Source: Abditibacterium sp. (lineage in GTDB: Bacteria > Armatimonadota > Abditibacteriia > Abditibacteriales > Abditibacteriaceae). From it: 64,000 nucleotides of DNA. A program made the translations under genes and the position numbers. The notes under the pieces are model-generated. The model did no database searches. It was not told the origin of the DNA and saw only the letters and a list, made by a program, of their open reading frames with translations. The stretch is taken from the NCBI GenBank assembly GCA_965246885.1, contig OZ251992.1, forward strand, positions 2,784,001 through 2,848,000, in the 5' to 3' direction. This document shows, piece by piece, positions 41,739-52,287 of this stretch; the first letter of the stretch is position 1, and each line of letters opens with the position of its first letter.

Positions 41739-44700
41739 TCATGGTAGAGTAACGGTTCGAGTGGTAGCGTTGTCCGCCGCGTCGCGTAGGCGCACCTCGA
41801 TTTTGGTTCCGCTTGCGAGCGGAGAAGGCGACAGCGCCGGGTCGAGGACGCCTATGATTTCCTCGTGATTGGAGTCGAACAACCCATCGCCCGTGCCAAG
41901 CGCGACCCAAACGGGCGCTTCTTTGTCGGGGGCTGCTGCGGTCGTTGGTGTTGGGGTGGGGGTCTTGGCGGGTTTGGCAGGGCTGTTCACCACGCGCCAT
42001 TCGGCGCCCGCCAAGGGCGAGGTGGCGTCACTGCCCTGCGCCCTCAACTCCCATCCGGCGCCGTACTTCTCCCCTGCGCCATATTTTCGCACTTCCAAAC
42101 CGGAAAGCGTCGGCGGAGTGTTATCGAGGGTGAAGGTCGTGGAAACGAGGGTCGTTTCGCGCGGGTCGTCGGGGTTGCGCGTGGCGTCGCTTCCTCGCAA
42201 ACGCAGGCGCGTCGGGCCGTCAGGGTATTTGGCGGTGTCCAGTTCAAAGGAGGCGGTCGTGGGCGCGGACAGTTCAACGGGCACCCAGCCTTTTGCGGTT
42301 TGGATGTCGAGGGAGTAGCGCAGCGCGTCGCCGTCGGGGTCTGCCCCCGTCCACGTGAGGGTCTTCTTGCCGCTAAGGTATTCGCCGCCAACGGGGAGCG
42401 TCCACGTCAGTTTGGGCGGGTGGTTGGGCGCGCGGAAGAAGGTCTCGACACGCTCGACGCGCCCGGTGGCGGCGGCGATTTTGACGCGGTATTGCAAGTA
42501 GCGGGCGGGCGGCGAGACGACTTTATAGGCTGTTGAAAGCGGGGCGAAGGCGCTCCATGTGGCGTCGGGGTCGGCGGTTTCGCCGGAGCGGGTTTCGATG
42601 GCAAAATCGCTTCCCAAGGCGCGCACGGCGCCCCAGCGCACCGTTGCGCCCGCATCGAAGACGTTGGAGGTGTACTGCCCCGCATCCGAAGCGGGCGCCA
42701 GTTGCCACAGCGCGGCGTTGTTGGCGGTCGCGGCCAACACGCGGCCATCGGCTAAGACGTCAAGCGCCGGAATTTGGCCCTGACGGGCGTCCAAGACGCG
42801 CGCGACGTCGAAGGTGCCGTCCCCTTGCGGCGCCAAGCGGAACAGTTCGCCGCCCTCGCCGGTTCCGGCGTAAAGGGCGCCGTTGGCATCTGCGCGCAAG
42901 GAGTAGATGGCGCGGGCCGGAGTTTTGGCGGCTTCCTCAACGCCCCGCGCGCGCGTCCACCGACTGACGGTGCCCGACAAAAGCGACGAGAAGTACACGG
43001 CATCGCCAACGGGAGCGACGCCGGTGATTTCGCCCGACTTCGCGCCCGCGCCCATGTCGGGCACGCCCATCGCGGCCATGATTGCCGCGTTTTGGGCGGC
43101 GTTCTGCGCGGCGAAACTGTCGGGCGAAGGCGTGGTCGTCATGTTGGCGGTGGTGCCTTCGGGCAAGGGCAAGGAAGACACGGCGCCCTCTCGCGCTTCG
43201 TAGAGCGTCTCGACTTTGCCATCGGCGCCGATGCGGAGCAGCATCGCATCGTCGGCAGTTCCGGCGTAAATGGCGCCGTTCGAGAAGGCAAGCGAGCGGA
43301 TGTGCTTGGCGGTTGTGACAAACGACTTCACTGGCCCGCTCCGAAGGGCCGCATATTCGCTGGCGCTTCGCGGGTCTTCAACGCGGTAAATCGCGCCGCG
43401 CGCGCCGCCTGTTCCGACGATGAGGGCGCCTTTGTCATCGAACGCGAGGGCACCGATGAACTGTTCGCCGGTTTGCAGCACGACGGTGTACGTGCCGTTC
43501 GGCGCAAAGCGCAAGACGCGGCCACCGGGCGAAACGCCCGCATAAACGTTGCCTGCGCCGTCACTTGCGAGCGCGGAAACGGCGACTTCGGGGCCTTCGT
43601 AGATGACCTTGGAAACGCCGTTCTTGACGCGGAACAAGCGGGCGTTGTTGCCGGTGCCGATGTAGACGCTTCCGTCGGGCGCGCCCGCGACGCTCCACGC
43701 GACGGCTTCGGGCGTCGAGGCGAGCAGCTTGGCCGTCGGGCCGGGAACGAGGGTGCCATCGGCGCGCGCGACGGAGCCGGAGAACTCGCCGCGCGCGAAG
43801 TCGGAAGCGGAGTCCTGCACCCATTTCCCGGCGGGGCGGGCGATGGTGGCGGCACTCGCGTCAGGCGAGGGGGTGGCCGTCGGCGTAGGAGTGGGAGTGG
43901 GCGTGGCCGACGAAGCGGCGACGCTCGCGCGCTCGATTTTGCGGCCCTTGACGCGGGGGATGGTTTGCAAACGGAGCGCGTCCGCGCCCGCGCTGCCAAA
44001 CAACGGGCGCGGCGCGGAGGAAGCAGCGCCAAACCAGACGGCGACATCGTTCGGGATGGGAGCGGGCGTGATGGCGGGCGTAGTGATGGAGGGGACATCC
44101 GAAGCGGACGCACTCGCGGTGGGGGCGGCGTCGGGCGCTTCGCGGCTGGAGCGGCGGGTGGACTCGACGACCAAGTTGAGCGTTTCGAGGCCGTCCAAGA
44201 CGAACTCGGTGGGCTGGTGCTGTTCGAGGGTCTCGTTGTAAGCGCCGATGGAAGAGGAGGCGGCTCCGCCGACCAAGCGGTTCCACGAGGCGGGCGGGTT
44301 GTCCACGCGCTTGCGGTCAACGAGCAAGAAGCGGCGCGGCGTCGAGACTTGCAAGAGCAGGTCGTCGGAGCGCCCGATGCGCGCGTAGGCGGTGAGTAGT
44401 TCGCGCAAGTTGCCGGGATGCGGCGGGGCGCCACCGACGCGGGTGCGGGCCGACCAGAAGGAGTCGGCGGGCGACACGGCAACGCGCAAGACGCCATCGG
44501 GCGCGTCGGCGGGGACTTGGATGCGGAAGCTCTTGGTAACGAGGGCGTCGGGCGCGTTGAAGGGTGCAAGCGCGACGCTAAGCGTCACGGTGTCGCCCGC
44601 TTTAACGCGGTTATGGTCGGCCAAGAGGCGTCGAATGACGGCGGTTTTGCGACCGGGCACAACGCGCGCATCAATGGAGATGCTTTGCAGGGCGCCTTTG

Positions 44701-46082
44701 CCAAAGGGGTTTTGTTGGCTAAGCCCCAGCGCTTCGGCGAAGGGCGCGAGCGCGGCGCCAAAAACGGGGTCGTCGGAATAGGCGACGTTGGAGCGCACGA
44801 TCTCCGGCAAACCGCGTAGCTTGAGGCGCAAGGAAGAAAGCACGGTCTTTCCCGACGCCAAGCCGAGTTCGCCTTGGACGGCTTCGGCGGCGACGGCGAT
44901 GGCGAGTTGCGGGGTGAAGAGGGGGTCTTGGATGAGGCCGACGTGGAAGGTGCGGTCGATGTGCTTGAGGTCGTCGCGCACATGAACGGTCATCGGGATG
45001 GTCTGCGCTTTCCGTCCAACGGTTCCGGCGACGGCAAAAGCGGTGTCCTGCTCCAACTCGCCAACCGGGGCCATCGGCGAGGCGAGCTTGAAACTGGTCT
45101 CGTAGGACGGGAAGATGTCGTGGACGTAGGCGGTGGTCATGGGCATCGAAACGGCGCCCAAGCCGAACATGGGGTGCCCAAAGGCGAGGACGCGCTGGCC
45201 GATGCGGTAAGTGACCGTCCCCACGCCGGAAATGTCTATGTCACCCGACGCGAGTTGCACGCCGATGCCCGCACCGGGCACAAGCGCGGTTTGAACACCC
45301 GACTTGCGCGAGCTTGGCCCAAAGACTTGGCTGTTCCCCATCGCGCCGCCGCCCAGAACGGGGGTGACGTCATAGGGCGCGAAGAGCTTTTGCCAAACGC
45401 CAAAGCGCGAGGGCGACACGCCCGACAGGAGGATGTAATTGGTGCAGGGGCGCATCCGCAGGGTGGCGCCGTCGAGGGCGGCCAGTCGCGGGTTGCGCGT
45501 GACTTCGACGCGGTTGATGTCGCGGCCCGCGACGCGGATGGGGGCGCGGGCGCGGAACACCGAAGCGGCAATCTTGGAGGGCGGGACAGCGCGTTCGGGG
45601 TTGGGGCGGGGCGGGGCGGCGTCGGGGAGGGCGCCCTCGATCATCTGGGTGATGGGCGTGACGCCGCCGATGGGTTCTTTGGGAAAGCCAAAACCGATGG
45701 CGATGGCGCCGAGCAGCTTGCCGTTGATGTAAACGGGCGAGCCGCTCATGCCTTGGATGATGCCGCTTTGTCGCTGGACGACGGGGCCGTCGAGGACGCG
45801 GATCATCACGAGGTCGCCGCCGGACTGCACCCGTTCGAGCGTGCCCAAGACTTCGATGCCAAAGCGCTCGATCTTGGTGCCTTGGAAGACGCTGAGCGCG
45901 TAGCCGCGCATCCCGCGTTTGGCGTCACGGGCGCGCATGATTTTCCCTTCGCGCAGAAGGCGGGCGACCAGTTGTTTGGACTCGACCTTGGATTCGAGGG
46001 GGGTGGTCTTTTGGGGGGTGGTCGCGGCGAGGGTGGGAACCGCGAGGAGGAGCAAGGAGAGGACGAAAGAAAGCGCGCGCAT
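41739..46082 (-). CDS. Secreted SpoIVB peptidase S55 domain protein fused to beta-propeller / Ig-like region
   Basis: Signal peptide; IIQGMSGSPVYINGKLLGA, LAFGHPM; PT linker; repeated blades (DGSVYIGTG, GNVYAGVS, GALYAGTG). Confidence 0.85.
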   Translation of the reverse strand: MRALSFVLSLLLLAVPTLAATTPQKTTPLESKVESKQLVARLLREGKIMRARDAKRGMRGYALSVFQGTKIERFGIEVLGTLERVQSGGDLVMIRVLDGPVVQRQSGIIQGMSGSPVYINGKLLGAIAIGFGFPKEPIGGVTPITQMIEGALPDAAPPRPNPERAVPPSKIAASVFRARAPIRVAGRDINRVEVTRNPRLAALDGATLRMRPCTNYILLSGVSPSRFGVWQKLFAPYDVTPVLGGGAMGNSQVFGPSSRKSGVQTALVPGAGIGVQLASGDIDISGVGTVTYRIGQRVLAFGHPMFGLGAVSMPMTTAYVHDIFPSYETSFKLASPMAPVGELEQDTAFAVAGTVGRKAQTIPMTVHVRDDLKHIDRTFHVGLIQDPLFTPQLAIAVAAEAVQGELGLASGKTVLSSLRLKLRGLPEIVRSNVAYSDDPVFGAALAPFAEALGLSQQNPFGKGALQSISIDARVVPGRKTAVIRRLLADHNRVKAGDTVTLSVALAPFNAPDALVTKSFRIQVPADAPDGVLRVAVSPADSFWSARTRVGGAPPHPGNLRELLTAYARIGRSDDLLLQVSTPRRFLLVDRKRVDNPPASWNRLVGGAASSSIGAYNETLEQHQPTEFVLDGLETLNLVVESTRRSSREAPDAAPTASASASDVPSITTPAITPAPIPNDVAVWFGAASSAPRPLFGSAGADALRLQTIPRVKGRKIERASVAASSATPTPTPTPTATPSPDASAATIARPAGKWVQDSASDFARGEFSGSVARADGTLVPGPTAKLLASTPEAVAWSVAGAPDGSVYIGTGNNARLFRVKNGVSKVIYEGPEVAVSALASDGAGNVYAGVSPGGRVLRFAPNGTYTVVLQTGEQFIGALAFDDKGALIVGTGGARGAIYRVEDPRSASEYAALRSGPVKSFVTTAKHIRSLAFSNGAIYAGTADDAMLLRIGADGKVETLYEAREGAVSSLPLPEGTTANMTTTPSPDSFAAQNAAQNAAIMAAMGVPDMGAGAKSGEITGVAPVGDAVYFSSLLSGTVSRWTRARGVEEAAKTPARAIYSLRADANGALYAGTGEGGELFRLAPQGDGTFDVARVLDARQGQIPALDVLADGRVLAATANNAALWQLAPASDAGQYTSNVFDAGATVRWGAVRALGSDFAIETRSGETADPDATWSAFAPLSTAYKVVSPPARYLQYRVKIAAATGRVERVETFFRAPNHPPKLTWTLPVGGEYLSGKKTLTWTGADPDGDALRYSLDIQTAKGWVPVELSAPTTASFELDTAKYPDGPTRLRLRGSDATRNPDDPRETTLVSTTFTLDNTPPTLSGLEVRKYGAGEKYGAGWELRAQGSDATSPLAGAEWRVVNSPAKPAKTPTPTPTTAAAPDKEAPVWVALGTGDGLFDSNHEEIIGVLDPALSPSPLASGTKIEVRLRDAADNATTRTVTLP

Positions 46083-46127
46083 GAGCCGGAAAGTATGGCA
46101 GGGACAAGCGCGCGCCTTGCTACTAAT

Positions 46128-47006
46128 TTAGTGAAGGCCGGACGCGGCGTTTTGTTCCTTTAGCCACGCCTCGCGTAGCTTGGTGTAGGTCGCCCAGTCT
46201 TCGGCGCCGCAGGTGTTGAGCAGGCCGTCCACCCATTCGCGCGTTAGGGTCTGGCCATCGAAGGTGGTGAGCGGGTAGTAGCCGCCGCTCATGCCGACCG
46301 TCGAATCGCCGACGTAGTGGCAGATAAAAGCGCGGCGGAAGCGGTCGCGCGAGATATTGGGGGTGGAGCCGTGAATCATCGAGCCGTTGAAGAACAACAC
46401 GTCGCCCGCCTTCATGTCGGCGCGCACGGCCTCATGGCCTTCGGGAATGGCGACTTGCTCCGTCGTAAAGGACTTGTTCATGTCGGCCATGCCGGGGCAC
46501 TGCACGCCGAGTTTGTGGCTACCGGGCACAACGCTCATGCCGCCGTTCTCCTCGTCGGCGTCGTCGACGGCGAGCCACGCGGCGATGCAGGTGCCGGGGC
46601 GGACGTTGAGGTAAAAGTTGTCTTGGTGCAAGGCTTGGCCGCGCGCGCCCATCGGCTTGAAGTAGAACATGGACTGCGCCGCGAGCGGCTCTTCGCCGAA
46701 CAGTTCGCGCAGGATGCCGTGCAAGCGCTCGTCGAGCATCTTGGACTTCGCCAGTTCGTCGCGCTTGTGCGGATGCATCACACGCGGGTATTGCTTGAGC
46801 ACGTCGCCGCCGGACTCTTCCGGAGAAAGCGGCGCGTACCACTCGCGCACCGGCGAGTCGGGGTTTTGCGCGTCGCGCTGGAGTTGCATGAAGTGCTCGC
46901 GCAAAAGTGCGACCTCTTCTGCTGAAAAGATGTTCGAGACCTGAAGGAAGCCGTTCTCTTCCCAGAAACGGAGTTGCTCCGGCGTTAAAGCTGTAGTGGC
47001 TGTCAT
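46128..47006 (-). CDS. Phytanoyl-CoA dioxygenase (PhyH) family 2OG-Fe(II) oxygenase
   Basis: QSMFYFKP, LHQDNFY, ENGGMSVVPGSH, HGSTPN...RR. Confidence 0.92.
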   Translation of the reverse strand: MTATTALTPEQLRFWEENGFLQVSNIFSAEEVALLREHFMQLQRDAQNPDSPVREWYAPLSPEESGGDVLKQYPRVMHPHKRDELAKSKMLDERLHGILRELFGEEPLAAQSMFYFKPMGARGQALHQDNFYLNVRPGTCIAAWLAVDDADEENGGMSVVPGSHKLGVQCPGMADMNKSFTTEQVAIPEGHEAVRADMKAGDVLFFNGSMIHGSTPNISRDRFRRAFICHYVGDSTVGMSGGYYPLTTFDGQTLTREWVDGLLNTCGAEDWATYTKLREAWLKEQNAASGLH

Positions 47007-47092
47007 AACGCAAGGTATGACACACGCGGCGCGCCCGCCGCCCAGCCCGCAAGCGAGGAAGTAGGACTTTTCCGACGCGCTTTTGCGCTTTT

Positions 47093-47998
47093 CTACGGCT
47101 CCACCTGTCCGCGCGCGACGCCCCCCCACGCGCGCGGGGGTAGCCCCGTTTGGCGCTTGAACACGCGCGCAAAATGCGAGGCGTCCTCAAAACCGCAGCG
47201 CCGCGCGACCTCGCCCGCGCTCAGTTCGCCATAACGGAGTAACTCCTGCGCGCGGCGGATGCGGGCGGCGGTCTGGATTTCCAAGGGCGAAGCGTCCAGC
47301 ACGGCGCGGAACATGCGCCGCAGGTGGTCGCTGCTCCAGCCGACGCGGGCGGCGACCTCTTCCATCGAAGGCGGCGCTTCGAGTTCGCGTTCCAACACCT
47401 CGCGCGCCCGTTGCACCCGCCGCACGGCATCGGCGCCCACCCGCGCGTGACGCGCCACCTCGCCCATCAGCCACACCTCGCGCTCGATTTGCCCCATCGC
47501 CGCCAACAAAAGCGCACCCGCCACAAAGCGGGACTGCCCATCGAAGCGGTTGTACTCGGCCACCACATCTTCCAACAGCCGCCGCACGCGCGGGCGCCCG
47601 CCCAAGTCCAGAAAGGGGCGCGCCGCCAACTCCCAGCCGGGGATTTCGCGCGGCGTTCTCATGCGCGCGCGGTCGGGCGGGTCGATTGCTGGCTCGAACT
47701 GGGTGAACGTGTCCTGATCGGCGCGCGGCTCGAAATCAAAGTGCACGCCGAGCAAACGCTGGGCTTCATCGGGCGAGAGAAACGAGTGGAAGGCGCCCGG
47801 TCGCACCAGAAACAGCGAGTCGGGCCGCGCCGGATGCGCCACTCCGTCCAAGACGATGCGCCCGCACCCTTCCAGAACATACACCAGTTCGTGGTCGAGC
47901 AAGCGCCGCTCCCACGTGCCGCGCCCACCCGCCTCGACGCGCACCGTGTTCGCCCAGCGAATGAACGGCACGAAGGGAAGAGAAGCAGCAGGAAGCAC
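47093..47998 (-). CDS. AraC family transcriptional regulator
   Basis: Cupin N-terminus (HELVYVLEG), C-terminal VARRCGFEDASHFARVFKRQTG. Confidence 0.93.
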   Translation of the reverse strand: MLPAASLPFVPFIRWANTVRVEAGGRGTWERRLLDHELVYVLEGCGRIVLDGVAHPARPDSLFLVRPGAFHSFLSPDEAQRLLGVHFDFEPRADQDTFTQFEPAIDPPDRARMRTPREIPGWELAARPFLDLGGRPRVRRLLEDVVAEYNRFDGQSRFVAGALLLAAMGQIEREVWLMGEVARHARVGADAVRRVQRAREVLERELEAPPSMEEVAARVGWSSDHLRRMFRAVLDASPLEIQTAARIRRAQELLRYGELSAGEVARRCGFEDASHFARVFKRQTGLPPRAWGGVARGQVEP

Positions 47999-48013
47999 GG
48001 GAGATGACTGGCG

Positions 48014-50275
48014 TTACAAGACGCTTGGCGCCGTAACCGGCGCGTCCAGATGCACTTCGCCCGTCCCGTTATTTTGCCCATTGGTGGGCGCCCCCGTCTT
48101 CGGGCGCGGCAGGAGGGCGAGCGTGGGAACAAGCGCGAGGAAGCCGATGAACGCGCCCAACAGCACGCCCGTCAGCGAGCGCCACAGGTTGAAAAACACC
48201 GGCGTGTGCAGGTGGCACATCGTGTTGAGCACGTCCGTTTGCCCGATGATGGCCGGAATCAGCGCCACGAACGCCCACGTCTTGCGGCGGCGCAAGAGAA
48301 AGGCGATGCACAAGAAGAACGCCGGATGCCCGACGAATATCTCCTTGGTACGCGGACGGGTGATGAAGATTTGCTCCAGCAGGGCGCGCGACTTGAGTTC
48401 AAACGACGAAATCTCCATGCCCGAATCGTTGCCAAAACGCGCCATCCACACGAAGCCCACAACCGCAATCACCACTGCCCAGATCGCCGTTTGAGCCGTG
48501 AAGGGGCGCGACACGAGCGAGCGGATGCGCGCCATTGCCCGTGCCCTGCCCGGCGCGGCGCCTTCGGCTTCGACGCGGTGCGGGAACAGTTCGCCCGCAA
48601 ATGCGAAGGGAATCAGCAGAAGCGGGAAGAACTGCGTGCCTTTGGGAAAGAGGAACTTGTCCGCTTTGCTCAGGTAATACCAGTGGTTGAGAAGCGCCGT
48701 CGTGTAAATGCCGCCAATCAGCGTCAGAAGCGTGGTGCGCCACAACACGCCCAGCCCGAACAGCGCCACCGCAATGGGCGAGCGCGCCGAGTTGGGGCGC
48801 TTCAAGCCGTCCCATACGAGCGGCAACCCGCCCCACAGAAACGCCACAATGGAGCACGCCGTGCCGCCCTCTAACGCGATGATCTTCGCGCCCATCCCGT
48901 TGGACAGCGACAAAATGGCCACCAACGCCAGTCCCACCAGCGCCCAGTTGCGCGCCACGACGGGGCGCAGGTCAAAGAACAAGTTGAGGAGCAACAGCGT
49001 CAGGCCCACTACCCCAACGCCCGACAGGAAGCGCATCAAATAGCGCGCGAGCCACGCGCCTTTGTGCCCCAGCGTCGGCTCCATCTGCGCGAGCGGATAA
49101 TCGCCAAAGCCGCGCGCCTCGCCCGTCGAAAGGCCCGGACGAAGTAACCCGCCGGGAAGCGGTGGCCGTTGCACTTCCGACGACACTCGTTCGATGAGTT
49201 CCATATTTTGGTCGTAGGCCGATTTATCCAAGCGGAGCGGCGCCGTCGCACCCTCGACCGGCGCCGGTTCGCCCTTCTGGTGGCGCATCAGGCGGATGAA
49301 GAGCACCCGCATGTTGCGCTCCTTGGCCGCGCGCACGTAGCGATCTACCATCAGTTCCGGTTCCGCGCCCAACGCTTCTTCGGGGAGCACCGTATGGACG
49401 CGCACCATCTTCCCTTCGGACGACATCGCCATATCGCCTGCGCCGCGCGTTTTGTTGAACTCGACCAGCGCGAAGAGTAGCCCCCGGCGGCGCAGTTCCC
49501 GTGCAACGGGGGAAATCAGCGATTGAAAGCCCAGTACTTGCTCGTCGCCCATGAACAGCACCCGCGCGCCCGCTTGGTTCTTCACGTCATCGAGCAGGCG
49601 CGACAAGCGGGAGGGCGTCAGACTCGCGGGGTTGGCCAAACGCGCCGCGACAATGAGGCCCACCTTGCGGGCAAGCGCCAGTTGTTGCGGGTCAAAGCCC
49701 AACTGCGCTTCGCCGCGCAGTTGGCGCGAACTGGAAATCAATATCCCCTGCCCGCCGCCCGCCAACTGGACGAGTTGCGGCGCGAGCACCGCTTGCTCTT
49801 GGAGGCGCGGGTAAATCTGCGCGAGGAGCGCCGCATCGTCCGACGTCACCATAAAGCGGTATTCTGGCGCGAACTGCGCCCAGTTCAGCGCGGGATACAG
49901 CCGCTCGGCGGCCTCGCGCGATTGCACGACCAAGCGCCCGTTGTCGCTGAGCGAGGTCAGGTTTTGCTCGGCGAGCAGAATCGAGTTGATGCCGCGCGCT
50001 TTCATGTCGCGCAGTAACTGCTCCTGCGTTTTGCCGAAGCCATCGGCCATCGAGCGGGTGTCATCATAGTCGCACACGAACTGCACCGTGCGGTAGTGGT
50101 TCTCGAAGTTCCAGCGATACGCCGTCCAAAACAGCGCGTTGACCAAACCAATCAGGACTAACAGCCACGCAAAACGGAAGCGGGGCGACGACAAAAAAGC
50201 GGAGAAGGGATTAAACACAGCGAGGCGCGCGAAAAGGCGCCCGAAAAATTTACGTTTTCGCGGGCGCGGCGGCAA
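48014..50275 (-). CDS. DUF5693-like membrane protein
   Basis: DRYVRAAKERNMR, TRPRTKEIFVGHP, NTMCHLHTP; N-terminal TM, large soluble domain, C-terminal TM bundle. Confidence 0.7.
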   Translation of the reverse strand: MPPRPRKRKFFGRLFARLAVFNPFSAFLSSPRFRFAWLLVLIGLVNALFWTAYRWNFENHYRTVQFVCDYDDTRSMADGFGKTQEQLLRDMKARGINSILLAEQNLTSLSDNGRLVVQSREAAERLYPALNWAQFAPEYRFMVTSDDAALLAQIYPRLQEQAVLAPQLVQLAGGGQGILISSSRQLRGEAQLGFDPQQLALARKVGLIVAARLANPASLTPSRLSRLLDDVKNQAGARVLFMGDEQVLGFQSLISPVARELRRRGLLFALVEFNKTRGAGDMAMSSEGKMVRVHTVLPEEALGAEPELMVDRYVRAAKERNMRVLFIRLMRHQKGEPAPVEGATAPLRLDKSAYDQNMELIERVSSEVQRPPLPGGLLRPGLSTGEARGFGDYPLAQMEPTLGHKGAWLARYLMRFLSGVGVVGLTLLLLNLFFDLRPVVARNWALVGLALVAILSLSNGMGAKIIALEGGTACSIVAFLWGGLPLVWDGLKRPNSARSPIAVALFGLGVLWRTTLLTLIGGIYTTALLNHWYYLSKADKFLFPKGTQFFPLLLIPFAFAGELFPHRVEAEGAAPGRARAMARIRSLVSRPFTAQTAIWAVVIAVVGFVWMARFGNDSGMEISSFELKSRALLEQIFITRPRTKEIFVGHPAFFLCIAFLLRRRKTWAFVALIPAIIGQTDVLNTMCHLHTPVFFNLWRSLTGVLLGAFIGFLALVPTLALLPRPKTGAPTNGQNNGTGEVHLDAPVTAPSVL

Positions 50276-50368
50276 GCAGGCAGTGAAGAAGTCGCACCCT
50301 CACCCTCCAAAGTAAGGGATGTGCAAGCGCGAAGAGTAAACTGCGCCGCGACAAGTCGCGGCGCACTC

Positions 50369-51034
50369 CTACGCCCCATCGAATCGGGCTTGGGGGTCGG
50401 GGGCGACGTCGCCCTTGGCGCTGATGTAGGCGCTCAGGTCTTGCATCAGGTTGGCGTTCGTCGAACGCTTTTGGGCGCCGTTCCAAATGTTGAAGAACCC
50501 CGCCGCGCCTTCGGCCAAACTGGAAGGCATGGCGACGGAATACGTCGCGCCGTCATCTAATGCCTTTCCGCGCACGCTAACGGAGCGGATGCGCTTGCCG
50601 GGGGCGGCCCCCGCATCGAAGCGCGCTTTCATGCCCGCCAACTGCAAAAACGCGGGGCTTCCCGTCGGGAACACGCTCGCGGCGCGCTCCAAGGCCGCCC
50701 GTAGCTGGGCGCCCGACAGCGACAGCGTGGCCACGTCATCGTCGGAAAACGACAGCAACGCGTCCAAATCGCCGGTTTCGATGGGGCCAGCGCCCAGCGT
50801 GCCCGACTTGAGCGCGCCCGCGTTGAGCAGGGCGCAGTCGGCGCCGCTTTGCTTGAGCATGGCATCGGCGACCAAGCGGCCAAAAGGGGTCTCGGATTTG
50901 TTGGCGCGCAGGTTGGGGAAGTCGTCACTGGCGCGTCCAATGCCTTGCGCGCGCGCATCTCCCGCCAAAGTCACGACTAAAACGCCCGCCATGAAGAGCA
51001 GCAGGCAACGAGACAAGAAGCGGTGAGCGAGCAT
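50369..51034 (-). CDS. Secreted 5'-nucleotidase C-terminal domain protein
   Basis: ETPFGRLVADAM, LLNAGAL, SGAQLRAALE; no metallophosphatase domain. Confidence 0.82.
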   Translation of the reverse strand: MLAHRFLSRCLLLFMAGVLVVTLAGDARAQGIGRASDDFPNLRANKSETPFGRLVADAMLKQSGADCALLNAGALKSGTLGAGPIETGDLDALLSFSDDDVATLSLSGAQLRAALERAASVFPTGSPAFLQLAGMKARFDAGAAPGKRIRSVSVRGKALDDGATYSVAMPSSLAEGAAGFFNIWNGAQKRSTNANLMQDLSAYISAKGDVAPDPQARFDGA

Positions 51035-51208
51035 TGGAACAAAAGCAAGACGAGCCACTCACGCAAAAGTTCACGCGCCTTTGCTGAAGGAAAGCGGAGC
51101 TTTGCTAACCTCGTTCCCAACTTCGGCGCGCTTCATTTTAACGCGCGCAGTTGAAATCTGTACAAAGACGCGCGCGCTTTGCCCAACTTTAGCATCCTTA
51201 CTCCTTCC

Positions 51209-52105
51209 ATGCAAGACCGGCTTTTGACTTATCTGTGCGACCCCAACGACGGAGGCGCGCTTGAATTGCACGCTTTTTCTTCGCACCTCGGCGCCACGCG
51301 CGACGGGGTGCTCCGCAACCCGCACACCGGGCGCTGGTTCGTGGTACAAGACGGCATCCCCACCCTCTTCGCCGATGCCCTGCGCCCCGACGACTCCGCT
51401 TTCGTGGCGCGCTACGAACCCAAACTGCGCGCCTTGGGGTGCCAGTTCACGCCCACTGTAGCCCAAAAAAGCGGCGACTTCGCGCGCATCGAATCCGAGC
51501 GCCTCGCCCGCGACGAACAAGCCGAAGATTACGATGCGATGTGGACGATGAAAGCGCTGAGCGTCTTTGAAACACCGGTTTACAAGCGCGCCATGAACGT
51601 GGACACCGATACGCCGCTTCTGGAAGCCGGTTGTGGCACGGGCCGCCTTACCGGTCTATTCGCGGAACTGGCGCCCGAAGTGGTGGCCGTTGATATGTCG
51701 CGCGAGTCGGTGGTGCGCAACCGCGCCCGCCATTTCGCGCGCACCCACCACCCCGTTCATTACGTCCACGCCGACCTGACCCACTTGCCGCTTCAATCCG
51801 GAAAGTTCGGCAGATGCGCGCACGCGGGCGTGTATGAACACATCCCGTCGCGCGACTTGCGGCTGCAGTTCCTCGCACATGCCGCGCGCACTCTCTCTCC
51901 CAATGGAACGCTGATGCTGTCCGCGTATCGGCACGGTGGCCTCACCAAGCTGTTCGAGAAAGAAGGCGAGCACGAAGGCGGCATCCCGTTTCTGCGTTTT
52001 TCCGAAGCCGAGTTGCGCGAAGAAGTCGAAACCCATTTCCGCATCTCCCAGTTCCGCGAGAACGTCGGCGTTTATATGTCTATGGTCGTCGCTCACCCAC
52101 GCTAA
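51209..52105 (+). CDS. Trm112-like domain + class I SAM methyltransferase fusion
   Basis: LLTYLCDP...WFVVQDGIPTL; LEAGCGTG, VDMS, ADLTHLP. Confidence 0.8.
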   Translation: MQDRLLTYLCDPNDGGALELHAFSSHLGATRDGVLRNPHTGRWFVVQDGIPTLFADALRPDDSAFVARYEPKLRALGCQFTPTVAQKSGDFARIESERLARDEQAEDYDAMWTMKALSVFETPVYKRAMNVDTDTPLLEAGCGTGRLTGLFAELAPEVVAVDMSRESVVRNRARHFARTHHPVHYVHADLTHLPLQSGKFGRCAHAGVYEHIPSRDLRLQFLAHAARTLSPNGTLMLSAYRHGGLTKLFEKEGEHEGGIPFLRFSEAELREEVETHFRISQFRENVGVYMSMVVAHPR

Positions 52106-52121
52106 GGAAAGACTCAGATGC

Positions 52122-52240
52122 CCCGGCGGATGAAAGAAGAAACCCGGCGGGTGAAAGAATTATGCACGGTTTCTGTCGGCGCGACCCGGTGACTCGTTGG
52201 CGCGACCCGGTGACTCGTTGGCGCGACCCGGTGACTCGTT
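52122..52240. repeat. 21-nt period tandem array (two unit types)
   Basis: CCCGGCGGRTGAAAGAA at 52122 and 52143; GGCGCGACCCGGTGACTCGTT x3 at 52178, 52199, 52220. Confidence 0.92.
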
Positions 52241-52287
52241 GGGCCACCTCTGCCGCTCGCTCCTCAAACTGTGTCCCGACTTTCCCG

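Noticed and set aside
51079..51185. Possible further 21-nt array (CTTTGCT at 51079 and 51100, CTTCGGC at 51121)
   Set aside because: Too degenerate to support by eye.
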